Positions 30,650-38,475 of a stretch of 64,000 nucleotides of DNA are shown here, piece after piece. Each line of letters starts with the position of its first letter. Within the stretch, counting starts at the first letter, position 1. Below the pieces are notes generated by a model, which saw only the letters and a list, made by a program, of their open reading frames with translations, had not been told where the DNA came from and did not search any database. The translations under genes were made by a program, and so were the position numbers. The stretch is from Pseudomonas phage BRkr, in the sequence record LC765218.1, one strand, 5' to 3'.

Positions 30650-31405
30650 ATGACATCTCCATTCGTAATGTCCCGTATCCATAAAGAGATCGCTGATGGT
30701 CTTTCTCTTGGCACTGTAGATATCGGACGCAAACCACTGGAGTTCGTATTTTGCACCCCCAGTTATGAAGAGTTTCAAGAACTCGTAGCTATCTCTGATT
30801 TTGTCAAGCAACTTGGACATGACCTTAAAGTGTTTCATGGTACGCTTGATGCACTCGGAGACCACGCGGACGAGTTTGACTACTACATGACCGCGGGTAA
30901 CTCATACGGGCATATGACCGGTGGATATGATGGTGCCCTAGCTACCCGTTTTGTTAACATGCAGAAAAATGTGGTTCACGATATCAATCGTTTCCACAAC
31001 GGTGAGTTAAACGTAGGTTCCTGTGCTTGCGTTCAATTCACCAAACTTAATGGTATCACTGCAACACTCCTGTACACTCCTACGATGCGTGTTCCTCGCA
31101 GGCTACCCAAAGGTTCGGATGTTCCGTATCTAGCCTCTAAGGCAGCTCTAGATGGCATTGCTGGGTGTGAATGGTACGGTAAACAAAAGAAAGATTCTTT
31201 CCGTGTCCTCGGTTGCCTGATGGGAACCGGCACTGGTGTTATTCCAGCCCGAGTAGCTGTAACCCAATTTGCAATTGCGTTGTACAACTATACTTACCCG
31301 TCCAATGTAGAGAAGCTGTTTAAGGATGGTCAACGTACTGACAACGCTATTCGTGAAACCTGGAAAGAAGAGGGCGGGTTCTGGAAACTTCGTCTTGAGG
31401 AATAA
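30650..31405 (+). CDS. macro-domain protein (ADP-ribose binding/processing)
   Basis: HGTLDALGDHADEFDYYMTAGNSYGHMTGGYDGALA aligns with the macro core GDITxxxxDVIVNAANxxLxGGGGVDGAIH. A later GTGTGVIP matches the macro P-loop-like GxGxxGxP block. Confidence 0.6.
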   Translation: MTSPFVMSRIHKEIADGLSLGTVDIGRKPLEFVFCTPSYEEFQELVAISDFVKQLGHDLKVFHGTLDALGDHADEFDYYMTAGNSYGHMTGGYDGALATRFVNMQKNVVHDINRFHNGELNVGSCACVQFTKLNGITATLLYTPTMRVPRRLPKGSDVPYLASKAALDGIAGCEWYGKQKKDSFRVLGCLMGTGTGVIPARVAVTQFAIALYNYTYPSNVEKLFKDGQRTDNAIRETWKEEGGFWKLRLEE

Positions 31406-31407
31406 AC

Positions 31408-31674
31408 ATGGCATCCTTAATTAGCTATACCCCTGTTGAACGCAAACGAGAATTCGATCTGAAGTACAAACACAATAATAACATCCACTTCGTTATCGAC
31501 AACAGTCACACTGGTAATATGCCGGTCGTGGAATCAGTTGCAGATGGGTTTAAAGTCATCTGTACGGATTATCAGAATTTCAATATGCACCGCCGTGACG
31601 AAAGTCCATATTGGGATCATTTCTACGAAGTAGCTGGTATCCCGAAATCCTACGACCCTGAGGAAAAGAAATGA
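31408..31674 (+). CDS. hypothetical protein (88 aa)
   Basis: ORF chained by overlaps. Confidence 0.4.
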   Translation: MASLISYTPVERKREFDLKYKHNNNIHFVIDNSHTGNMPVVESVADGFKVICTDYQNFNMHRRDESPYWDHFYEVAGIPKSYDPEEKK

Positions 31675-31979
31675 TTAGTTACGTTGCTGAAAGCACCACT
31701 GAAGATTCGCTGGTTAAATACAAAGTCGACTTCGGTACTATTCCAACTCCCCGTAAACTGATTGCCATTAAGCAAAATGATGAAGTTTTCGAACTGGGTG
31801 AAATCAACACTGATGATAACACTTATCAGTATTACGATAAACGTAATAACCTAGTCGTAGCTGTTGTCAAATATGACGAATTCAATAACAGTATTCGTCT
31901 CCTTACCGAACGTAAACACACTGAGAATTATGAATTCATATTCGGTTCTCACTCGGTGAAATTCAAAGGTGAAAAATGA
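31671..31979 (+). CDS. hypothetical protein (102 aa)
   Basis: ATGA overlap coupling. Confidence 0.4.
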   Translation: MISYVAESTTEDSLVKYKVDFGTIPTPRKLIAIKQNDEVFELGEINTDDNTYQYYDKRNNLVVAVVKYDEFNNSIRLLTERKHTENYEFIFGSHSVKFKGEK

Positions 31980-32380
31980 ACAATCCAACTGTAAACGCTT
32001 TACCTCTTCCAACTACTAATGAAGTCAAATTTTTGTTGACTCCGTTCAACAATTATAAACTGACTGTACCGCCGTCTCGTGGTCACTACTTCATCGGGTT
32101 GACTGAAGTCACTGCTTACATTAACCCAGGTAACATGGGTATCATCGTACCCAGTTGCGATCACCTGATGGGTATCTCTCGCACTAGCAATAGTTCAGGC
32201 GATTACACTGAAGTTCAATACATGGCAACTGATGAACTTGTTCCGAACGGTGCTCGTGTGTGGGTTGATGGCGGTAGTATCCATTATGAATCTGATGGTG
32301 ATGACGCCCGTGCCGAATCTGGTATCATTCTCCAAGTAACTGCAAAGTTCCTAAAGGTAGTTGAAGATGACAATCTCTGA
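31976..32380 (+). CDS. hypothetical protein (134 aa)
   Basis: ATGA overlap coupling; faint dUTPase-like motif, not supported. Confidence 0.4.
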   Translation: MNNPTVNALPLPTTNEVKFLLTPFNNYKLTVPPSRGHYFIGLTEVTAYINPGNMGIIVPSCDHLMGISRTSNSSGDYTEVQYMATDELVPNGARVWVDGGSIHYESDGDDARAESGIILQVTAKFLKVVEDDNL

Positions 32381-32705
32381 AATCGTAAGTCGTAACCTAC
32401 TGCAATCCACTGGTGCTTGGGCAGTCGTCCATAACCGTGCTACCATGAACTTCATTGCTATCGGTCATGACCGTAAGGTTATTAAAGGTATCAGTCTGGG
32501 TTATCCGGTGAATGTTGGTGATGTCGATTTCAGTCATGTCGTGGATGTCCCTATGACCTTCGAAATCAGTTATCAAAATGATCCTCATCTGGGTCATCCT
32601 ACTGGTAATATGGAAGCTCTTCTGAAAGCTATTGAAGAAACTACCCATAAAACTCTAGGTCTTCCTAGCAAGTTGACCGTAGCTTCTAACGATGGAGGTG
32701 TTTAA
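32361..32705 (+). CDS. hypothetical protein (114 aa)
   Basis: Overlap coupling. Confidence 0.4.
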   Translation: MKMTISEIVSRNLLQSTGAWAVVHNRATMNFIAIGHDRKVIKGISLGYPVNVGDVDFSHVVDVPMTFEISYQNDPHLGHPTGNMEALLKAIEETTHKTLGLPSKLTVASNDGGV

Positions 32706-34048
32706 TGCATCAGTATCTACAACTACTTGAAGATACCCAGAAGTACGGTGTATTTAAAGGTGACCGTACTGGTACGGGTACTACCTCTTTGTTCGGTAGA
32801 CAGTTCCGCTATGATCTTCGTAACGGTAACCTCCCTGTAGTGACCACCAAGAAGATTCATCTTCCGTCGGTTGAAGAAGAACTCAACTGGATGAAGTCTG
32901 GTGACACTCGCCTTGAGTATCTCCTGAGCAAGAACGTTACCATTTGGAATGAATGGGTTAAACCAGGTACTGAAGTATTTGAAATTGTTTCTGATGAGTG
33001 GTTAACCACGGCTGTTCAGAAAAAGTTCAAAAACGTTCCATTTGAAATGCACTTCAGTAATGAGATCGGTGATGTTGATTGGAAGTGGCTTGAACCCGAG
33101 CAGGGTACCCCAGCTAAACTTCTGATTAATCTGAAGACGTGGGCCGATACGGAACGCTTTGGTCCTGGTCCTAGTGCTTATGATTATTACGGCATGGCTC
33201 TACGTGTTTATCGCATCACTATTGGCGATGCAAAGATCGTAGTCAAAGACAAAGATGGTTCTCTTGTTGCTTACCGTTTAATCGGTGGTGACCTTGGTCC
33301 TGTCTACGGCAAGACATGGCGTGATATCGATGACGTTCGAATTGTCCCCAAAGTCGACTGGGTTAACTACGAGAAACGTGGTTTTAAATTCGTGGTAGAC
33401 GTACCTGGTGAAGACTATACTAAAGACGAGTGTGTTATTCGTCGACATGTGGATCAGGTTCAGGAACTCTTGTATCAGTTGGAGCATAATCCGGATAGTC
33501 GTCGTCTGATTATCTGCGCTTGGGATCCTCGGTTGGTTGAAGATCAAGCACTACCTCCATGCCACGCATTTATTCAGTTCTGGACTCGTGAGCTGACTCT
33601 AGAAGAACGTTATGAATGGGCGCAGGAAAATGATCCAGAATCACAGAACATTTATCTAGAGGATCAGCAACCTGAAACTGGACACGAGCTATGGGATAAA
33701 CTCGGGGTTCCGAAACGAGCTATCAGTTGCCAACTCTATCAAAGATCGGCGGACGAATTTTTGGGCGTGCCCTTTAACATCATGTTCTATTCGCTGATGA
33801 CCCATCAATTGGCGAACCAGTTTAACATGGTAGCAGAAGAGTTCATCTGGACTGGTGGTGACTGTCACATCTACAGTAACCATGAGGAACAGGTTACTCT
33901 GCAACGTTCGCGGAATACTTATCCTACTCCTACCATCCGCTTCAAGCCTGAGGCCAAAGGTAAACCTTTCCTTGATATCACTCGGGAAGATTACGAGATT
34001 CTGGATTATCAGTTCCATCCGCACATTGCTGGTAAAGTTGCTGTTTAA
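32705..34048 (+). CDS. thyA: thymidylate synthase (ThyA) family enzyme with three large insertions (447 aa)
   Basis: DRTGTGT, DLGPVYGK, catalytic Cys in LPPCHAFIQFW and FLGVPFNI. GGDCHIYSNH keeps the Asn typical of uracil substrates. About 180 aa of extra sequence relative to the 264-aa E. coli enzyme. Confidence 0.8.
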   Translation: MHQYLQLLEDTQKYGVFKGDRTGTGTTSLFGRQFRYDLRNGNLPVVTTKKIHLPSVEEELNWMKSGDTRLEYLLSKNVTIWNEWVKPGTEVFEIVSDEWLTTAVQKKFKNVPFEMHFSNEIGDVDWKWLEPEQGTPAKLLINLKTWADTERFGPGPSAYDYYGMALRVYRITIGDAKIVVKDKDGSLVAYRLIGGDLGPVYGKTWRDIDDVRIVPKVDWVNYEKRGFKFVVDVPGEDYTKDECVIRRHVDQVQELLYQLEHNPDSRRLIICAWDPRLVEDQALPPCHAFIQFWTRELTLEERYEWAQENDPESQNIYLEDQQPETGHELWDKLGVPKRAISCQLYQRSADEFLGVPFNIMFYSLMTHQLANQFNMVAEEFIWTGGDCHIYSNHEEQVTLQRSRNTYPTPTIRFKPEAKGKPFLDITREDYEILDYQFHPHIAGKVAV

Positions 34049-34055
34049 CATAAAC

Positions 34056-34082
34056 GCCTCCCTTCGGGGAGGCTTTATTTTC
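34056..34082 (+). terminator. terminator gcctcccTTCGgggaggc + TTTATTTTCC
   Basis: 7-bp stem and T-rich tail. Confidence 0.65.
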
Positions 34083-34101
34083 CTTTGGAGGTATACTTCT
34101 T

Positions 34102-34509
34102 ATGAACAATATCGAACTTAAACATCAGCTTGAACTCGCCGTAGAACTGATGGGTGTAGACCCTGCTCCACTTAAAATCGGTATCGCTGGTGATCGAGTT
34201 GATACTGCAACACGATGCGGTATTTTCAATGGGAAAGATCCGGGTAGAGAATTCAGTATCGGTCTTGGAATTGTTAGCCGAAAGCAATGGCTTGAACTCA
34301 CTGATGATTCCCTGATTCTCAATAAACCAAATAAAGATCCGGTTGTCATTCCCTATGACGCTATCTATGAGTTGAACATTCCTCTGGAATATGGCGAACA
34401 AGCAGAAAAAGAAGGTTGGATGTATTACAACCTTCTCGGGGAATCGATGTTCATGTATTTGGATACCGGTAAAGAAGAGAAACTTCAACTAGCTAAGGTA
34501 GAAGCCTGA
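34102..34509 (+). CDS. hypothetical protein (135 aa)
   Basis: ORF only. Confidence 0.45.
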   Translation: MNNIELKHQLELAVELMGVDPAPLKIGIAGDRVDTATRCGIFNGKDPGREFSIGLGIVSRKQWLELTDDSLILNKPNKDPVVIPYDAIYELNIPLEYGEQAEKEGWMYYNLLGESMFMYLDTGKEEKLQLAKVEA

Positions 34510-35333
34510 TGGATCCACGACACCCAGTTAGCGATGAAATGCGCGCAACGGTAAACGCTGAACTTGACCGAATTGAGAGGAAGTACGGTGTAAAGATTAT
34601 TTACGCTTGTGAGTCTGGTAGTCGTGGTTGGGGTTTTGCTTCTACTAACAGTGACTATGATGTTCGTTTCATCTACGTTAACCATCCGAGTCATTACGTT
34701 CGTGTAGATAACGAAGGTCGTGACACTATCGAGGAGATGGTATCGAAAGAACTCGATCTAGCTGGTTGGAATATCACCAAGACTCTACAGTTGGCTTATA
34801 AGTCCAACCCAACTCTGTTGGAATGGCTAAACTCTCCGATCGTCTATCGGAAGAATCAATGGGACTACGATCTGATTCGTTCCTATGCCATCAAGCACTT
34901 CATTCCTGAATCGAGCTTCATGCATTATATCTCCATGGCCAAACAAACCAAGATGCGATGGCTGTCGGATGATAAGGTTCGAATGAAGAAATACTTCTAT
35001 GCTTTGCGTCCTCTACTTGCAGCATTGTGGGTAGAGACCAGTCGTGAACATCCACCCATGGTGTTCCATGAACTGTTGCCTATTCTGTCTGATCCTACTC
35101 TGTACAAGCGTATCCAAGAATTGGTTAACGCTAAGGTTGGAGCTACTGAGCAGGATCTCGTTGACCGTTGCCCAGTTCTTGATCGGTTCATTGATTTCCA
35201 TCTGGCTAAAGAGAAACCAAACTTCGGCGAATACGAACGTCCGGATATCTACAGGCTCAGTGAACTCGCTTGGCACTTCGTTGATCAATACAAGTTCGAC
35301 ACGTTCCAGTTACTACATGGTACTGAAAAATGA
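34509..35333 (+). CDS. Pol-beta-superfamily nucleotidyltransferase (predicted)
   Basis: NTase signature ...CESGSRGWGFASTNSDYDVRFIY (hG[GS] x9-13 DhDh). Confidence 0.55.
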   Translation: MDPRHPVSDEMRATVNAELDRIERKYGVKIIYACESGSRGWGFASTNSDYDVRFIYVNHPSHYVRVDNEGRDTIEEMVSKELDLAGWNITKTLQLAYKSNPTLLEWLNSPIVYRKNQWDYDLIRSYAIKHFIPESSFMHYISMAKQTKMRWLSDDKVRMKKYFYALRPLLAALWVETSREHPPMVFHELLPILSDPTLYKRIQELVNAKVGATEQDLVDRCPVLDRFIDFHLAKEKPNFGEYERPDIYRLSELAWHFVDQYKFDTFQLLHGTEK

Positions 35334-35920
35334 ACGGCGGATTAGAGATGGCTATTATAAATGCAGCAGCGGCACGTTCCCCACACGGTTACAGTGAATC
35401 CATCGGCTGTAAGATAACTACCCGTAAGGAACCGTACGTGCCTATTTCCAAATGGGTTAAATTACGGTGTGTCGTATTGTATCTACTCTGTCTGTTATTC
35501 TTGAGTGGCGCAATCTACAACAGCTTGTATTCGGAATACGTAACCAAACGTAAGACGGAGGTGATTCTAACTTGGAAGTGGGAGGAATCTTACAAGTACA
35601 AGAATGGCGTTTATACCGAACTAATGAGTCGTTGGGAAGGGAAGATGAAAGGAAAACCTTTCGTCTATGAAACCAAGCTGGATAATTACACCTATCACCA
35701 TGTTCCCGTAGGTACAAATTATGTCCTCGATATCGCCCCGCGCGATGTTGATGAAAGTAATAGCCTATGGATTATCATGAGCTTGGTATGGGCAGCTTTA
35801 GCTGCCATCTTGGGTGGACCTGCAATGTGGTTCAGTGTGAGACCATGGTTTGTTGATGTAGAACTCCGGAGGAAAGAGAAAGAATGTGCTATGAAAGAAG
35901 AATCATCCCACTCGCAATAA
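35330..35920 (+). CDS. membrane protein (2 TM segments)
   Basis: Hydrophobic segments VVLYLLCLLFLSGAIY and LWIIMSLVWAALAAILGG; ATGA coupling. Confidence 0.45.
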   Translation: MNGGLEMAIINAAAARSPHGYSESIGCKITTRKEPYVPISKWVKLRCVVLYLLCLLFLSGAIYNSLYSEYVTKRKTEVILTWKWEESYKYKNGVYTELMSRWEGKMKGKPFVYETKLDNYTYHHVPVGTNYVLDIAPRDVDESNSLWIIMSLVWAALAAILGGPAMWFSVRPWFVDVELRRKEKECAMKEESSHSQ

Positions 35921-36130
35921 ACTCTTATCCTCTTCCAGCGTTCTTATGGAATGAGCGGTGCCTTCGGGCACCAAAGCCCTTCATGATCGATGGCTACTAT
36001 CACATACCTCCCTATCGTAGGGTAAGACCGGGATTTATAGTTGTTCCTACTGGCTTCACGACAACGCCTAGTACCGTAAGAGATGTAGTTGAGCCTCTAC
36101 GCGGTCGAGTGCGTAATACCAATAAGGCTA

Positions 36131-36160
36131 TTGACAATTTACTCAAAAGTCTTATCTAAT
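36131..36160 (+). promoter_or_regulatory. sigma70-like promoter candidate (TTGACA-18-TCTAAT)
   Basis: Exact -35 hexamer and a 5/6 -10 hexamer at 18-nt spacing, about 110 nt upstream of rtcB. It sits in one of only two long non-coding stretches in the window. Confidence 0.35.
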
Positions 36161-36162
36161 AC

Positions 36163-36191
36163 GGACATGCATGACATTACTCTACATGTCC
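36163..36191 (+). promoter_or_regulatory. leader hairpin ggacatg(15 nt)catgtcc
   Basis: 7-bp inverted repeat directly downstream of the candidate promoter, upstream of rtcB. Confidence 0.3.
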
Positions 36192-36270
36192 TTGGAATTC
36201 TGCGATCCCGACCTTGGCACAACGTTAAATCGTTGAATTCCTAAACCTTAAAACATCCGGAGCGTCTACA

Positions 36271-37524
36271 ATGACTACTCAAAATTACGTTATGCTGAAC
36301 GAACAAAATGAATTCCCAATCAAAGGCTGGGTTAAGGGCGTACCGGTTGAAGCCGATGCTAAGCGTCAGCTGAAAAACATTGCGGGACTCCCGTTCATTT
36401 ACAAGCATTTGGCAGTAATGCCTGATGTCCATCTTGGGACCGGTGCTACCATCGGTTCTGTTATCGCTACTCGGGGTGCAATCATTCCGTCTGCGGTAGG
36501 GGTCGATATTGGGTGCGGAATGGCCTGCCAGCTGACTGATCTGACAGCTAACGACATGACTCGTGGCCTACAACATCTTCGATATAGAATCGAGTCCCGT
36601 ATCCCCCATGGTCGTACTGACAATGGCGGACCTAACGACCGTGGTGCATGGAGTGACTTCAACCTCGTTTACAAGAAACTCGAACCAGAACTCCAAGTTC
36701 AGGTTAAGAAGCTTGAAGAGGAACTGAAGCTCATTGTAGCTAAACACCCCAAACTGGGTAAAGCAGCTAACCGTGCGTTCAACCATGCTGGTACCCTCGG
36801 CACTGGTAACCACTTCGTCGAAATCTGTCTGGATGAACAAGATCGAGTTTGGATCATGCTCCATTCGGGTTCTCGTGGGATCGGTAACGCTATTGGTCGG
36901 TACTTCATCGAGAAAGCAAAAGAGGAGATGCGGCTCTACCACATCAACCTGCCTGATCAGGACCTCGCTTATCTGCCGGAAGGTACCAAGTACTACAACG
37001 ATTACATCGAAGCTGTACATTGGGCTCAGCGTTATGCAGCACTCAACCGTACCATCATGATGCGGGCGACCATTGAGGCTGTAGCTGATTACATGGGTCG
37101 TCCAATCAATACCAGTCTCACTGCGGTCAACTGCCACCACAACTACGTGTCGTTCGAGAATCACTTCGGTGCGAAAGTATCCGTTACTCGTAAAGGCGCT
37201 GTACGGGCAGATGAAGGCATGTATGGTATTATCCCTGGATCGATGGGTGCAAAGAGCTTCATCGTGAAAGGTAAAGGGAACCGCGAGTCCTTCTGTTCGT
37301 GTTCGCACGGAGCAGGACGTGTCATGTCCCGAACCCAAGCCGCTAAGACTTTCACTCTTGAAGATCATGCTCGTGATACTGCCGGTATAGAATGCCGGAA
37401 AGACATTGACGTAATCGACGAGACTCCAAAGGCTTATAAGAACATCGAAGACGTAATGGCTGCTCAGGATGACCTCATTGAGATCGTCCACACCCTGCGT
37501 CAAATTGTTTGCGTCAAGGGCTAA
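36271..37524 (+). CDS. rtcB: RtcB RNA 3'-phosphate/2',3'-cyclic phosphate--5'-OH ligase
   Basis: Hallmark blocks NHAGTLGTGNHFVEI, HSGSRGIG, CHHNYVSFENHFG and the C-terminal SCSHGAGR. Confidence 0.85.
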   Translation: MTTQNYVMLNEQNEFPIKGWVKGVPVEADAKRQLKNIAGLPFIYKHLAVMPDVHLGTGATIGSVIATRGAIIPSAVGVDIGCGMACQLTDLTANDMTRGLQHLRYRIESRIPHGRTDNGGPNDRGAWSDFNLVYKKLEPELQVQVKKLEEELKLIVAKHPKLGKAANRAFNHAGTLGTGNHFVEICLDEQDRVWIMLHSGSRGIGNAIGRYFIEKAKEEMRLYHINLPDQDLAYLPEGTKYYNDYIEAVHWAQRYAALNRTIMMRATIEAVADYMGRPINTSLTAVNCHHNYVSFENHFGAKVSVTRKGAVRADEGMYGIIPGSMGAKSFIVKGKGNRESFCSCSHGAGRVMSRTQAAKTFTLEDHARDTAGIECRKDIDVIDETPKAYKNIEDVMAAQDDLIEIVHTLRQIVCVKG

Positions 37525-37571
37525 CCCGAACGGGGACTTCGGTCCCCATAACTTTCCTAAAGGAAAAATAA

Positions 37572-38459
37572 ATGATTCGAATTACTCAGCTTCACGGTAA
37601 CGGCCTGGCAGATCACTACGATTGTCAGCCCTTTAAATTCCCTGGCGGTGAGATCGGTATCAAGATCCCTCTGAAAGATCACAGAAAGAAAGGTGAACAA
37701 TTCATAGTCAATGCTTGGCTTCGTAATAGCGATGACATCATGGAACTGTTCCTGGTGTTCGATGCTATTCGTCGTCAACGTATTCGTCCTGAAATGCACC
37801 TGGTTATTGGTTATCTGCCGTATGCACGACAAGATCGTGTTTGCGATGAAGGTGAACCTTTGTCGATCAGTGTGATGACTAGCTTGATCAACGCATTGGA
37901 TGCTACATCCGTGTGTTTGTACGATCCGCACAGCAATGTGTCGCTACCGCTCATCAACAACTGTCGTGAAATCACCCAAGCTGATATTATCAAGAGCTGG
38001 GTATGTGTAGAAGGACAACTTCTGGAAACTCCACAAGAATGGTGGTTGGTTGCCCCTGATGAAGGTGCACGTAAAAAGATCGAAGCCATTGCAAAAGAGA
38101 TTGGCGCTGCTGGCGTACTCTACGCTTGCAAGAACCGTGAACTGTCGACTGGTAAGATCACCCATACGTCTTTGTTGAATGCCCATGATGTTCCTCGGTT
38201 AGCAAAGCTGTTGGTTATCGATGACATCTGTGATGGTGGCCGCACGTTCATTGAACTTGCTAAGGTTATCCACGAACAGTGCATCGTAGATCAACTGGGT
38301 CTGTTTGTAACCCATGGTATTTTCTCCAAGGGTTTCGACGAGCTGAACGAATACTACGACTATATCCAGACCACTAACACCTATCATCCTAACGCCGTAA
38401 ATGATTATCGGCATGATGGTGTACGTGACCCGAAATTCTTCTCCCATTCTGTTTTCTAA
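37572..38459 (+). CDS. prs: ribose-phosphate pyrophosphokinase family enzyme (Prs, or ADPR-PP synthetase Adps-like)
   Basis: FPGGEIGIKI (Prs FxDGE-type), LPYARQDR and PRPP-binding loop LLVIDDICDGGRTF. Confidence 0.7.
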   Translation: MIRITQLHGNGLADHYDCQPFKFPGGEIGIKIPLKDHRKKGEQFIVNAWLRNSDDIMELFLVFDAIRRQRIRPEMHLVIGYLPYARQDRVCDEGEPLSISVMTSLINALDATSVCLYDPHSNVSLPLINNCREITQADIIKSWVCVEGQLLETPQEWWLVAPDEGARKKIEAIAKEIGAAGVLYACKNRELSTGKITHTSLLNAHDVPRLAKLLVIDDICDGGRTFIELAKVIHEQCIVDQLGLFVTHGIFSKGFDELNEYYDYIQTTNTYHPNAVNDYRHDGVRDPKFFSHSVF

Positions 38460-38475
38460 TCCGAGGATCAAAAAT

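Noticed and set aside
31330-31405. Possible Nudix box (RETWKEEGG) at the C-terminus of the macro-domain protein
   Set aside because: The spacing does not fit G-x5-E-x7-R-E-U-x-E-E-x-G-U (the E-E pair is shifted by one) and the upstream Gly/Glu are missing. Treated as coincidence.
31976-32705. dUTPase-like (RTSNSSGDYTE) or QueD-like assignments for the small ORFs upstream of thyA
   Set aside because: Only one weak motif-like stretch each; there is no HGH/CxxxHGH for QueD and no full five-motif dUTPase set.
36568-37503. Long antisense ORFs: 311 aa opposite rtcB, 438 aa at 38797-40113 opposite the NAMPT gene, and 289 aa at 41481-42350 opposite the RNA ligase gene
   Set aside because: Each lies entirely inside a plus-strand gene with unmistakable catalytic motifs. 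The antisense translations are low-complexity, rich in V/F/T/N/S, and have no RBS or terminator context. They are most likely codon-bias artefacts.
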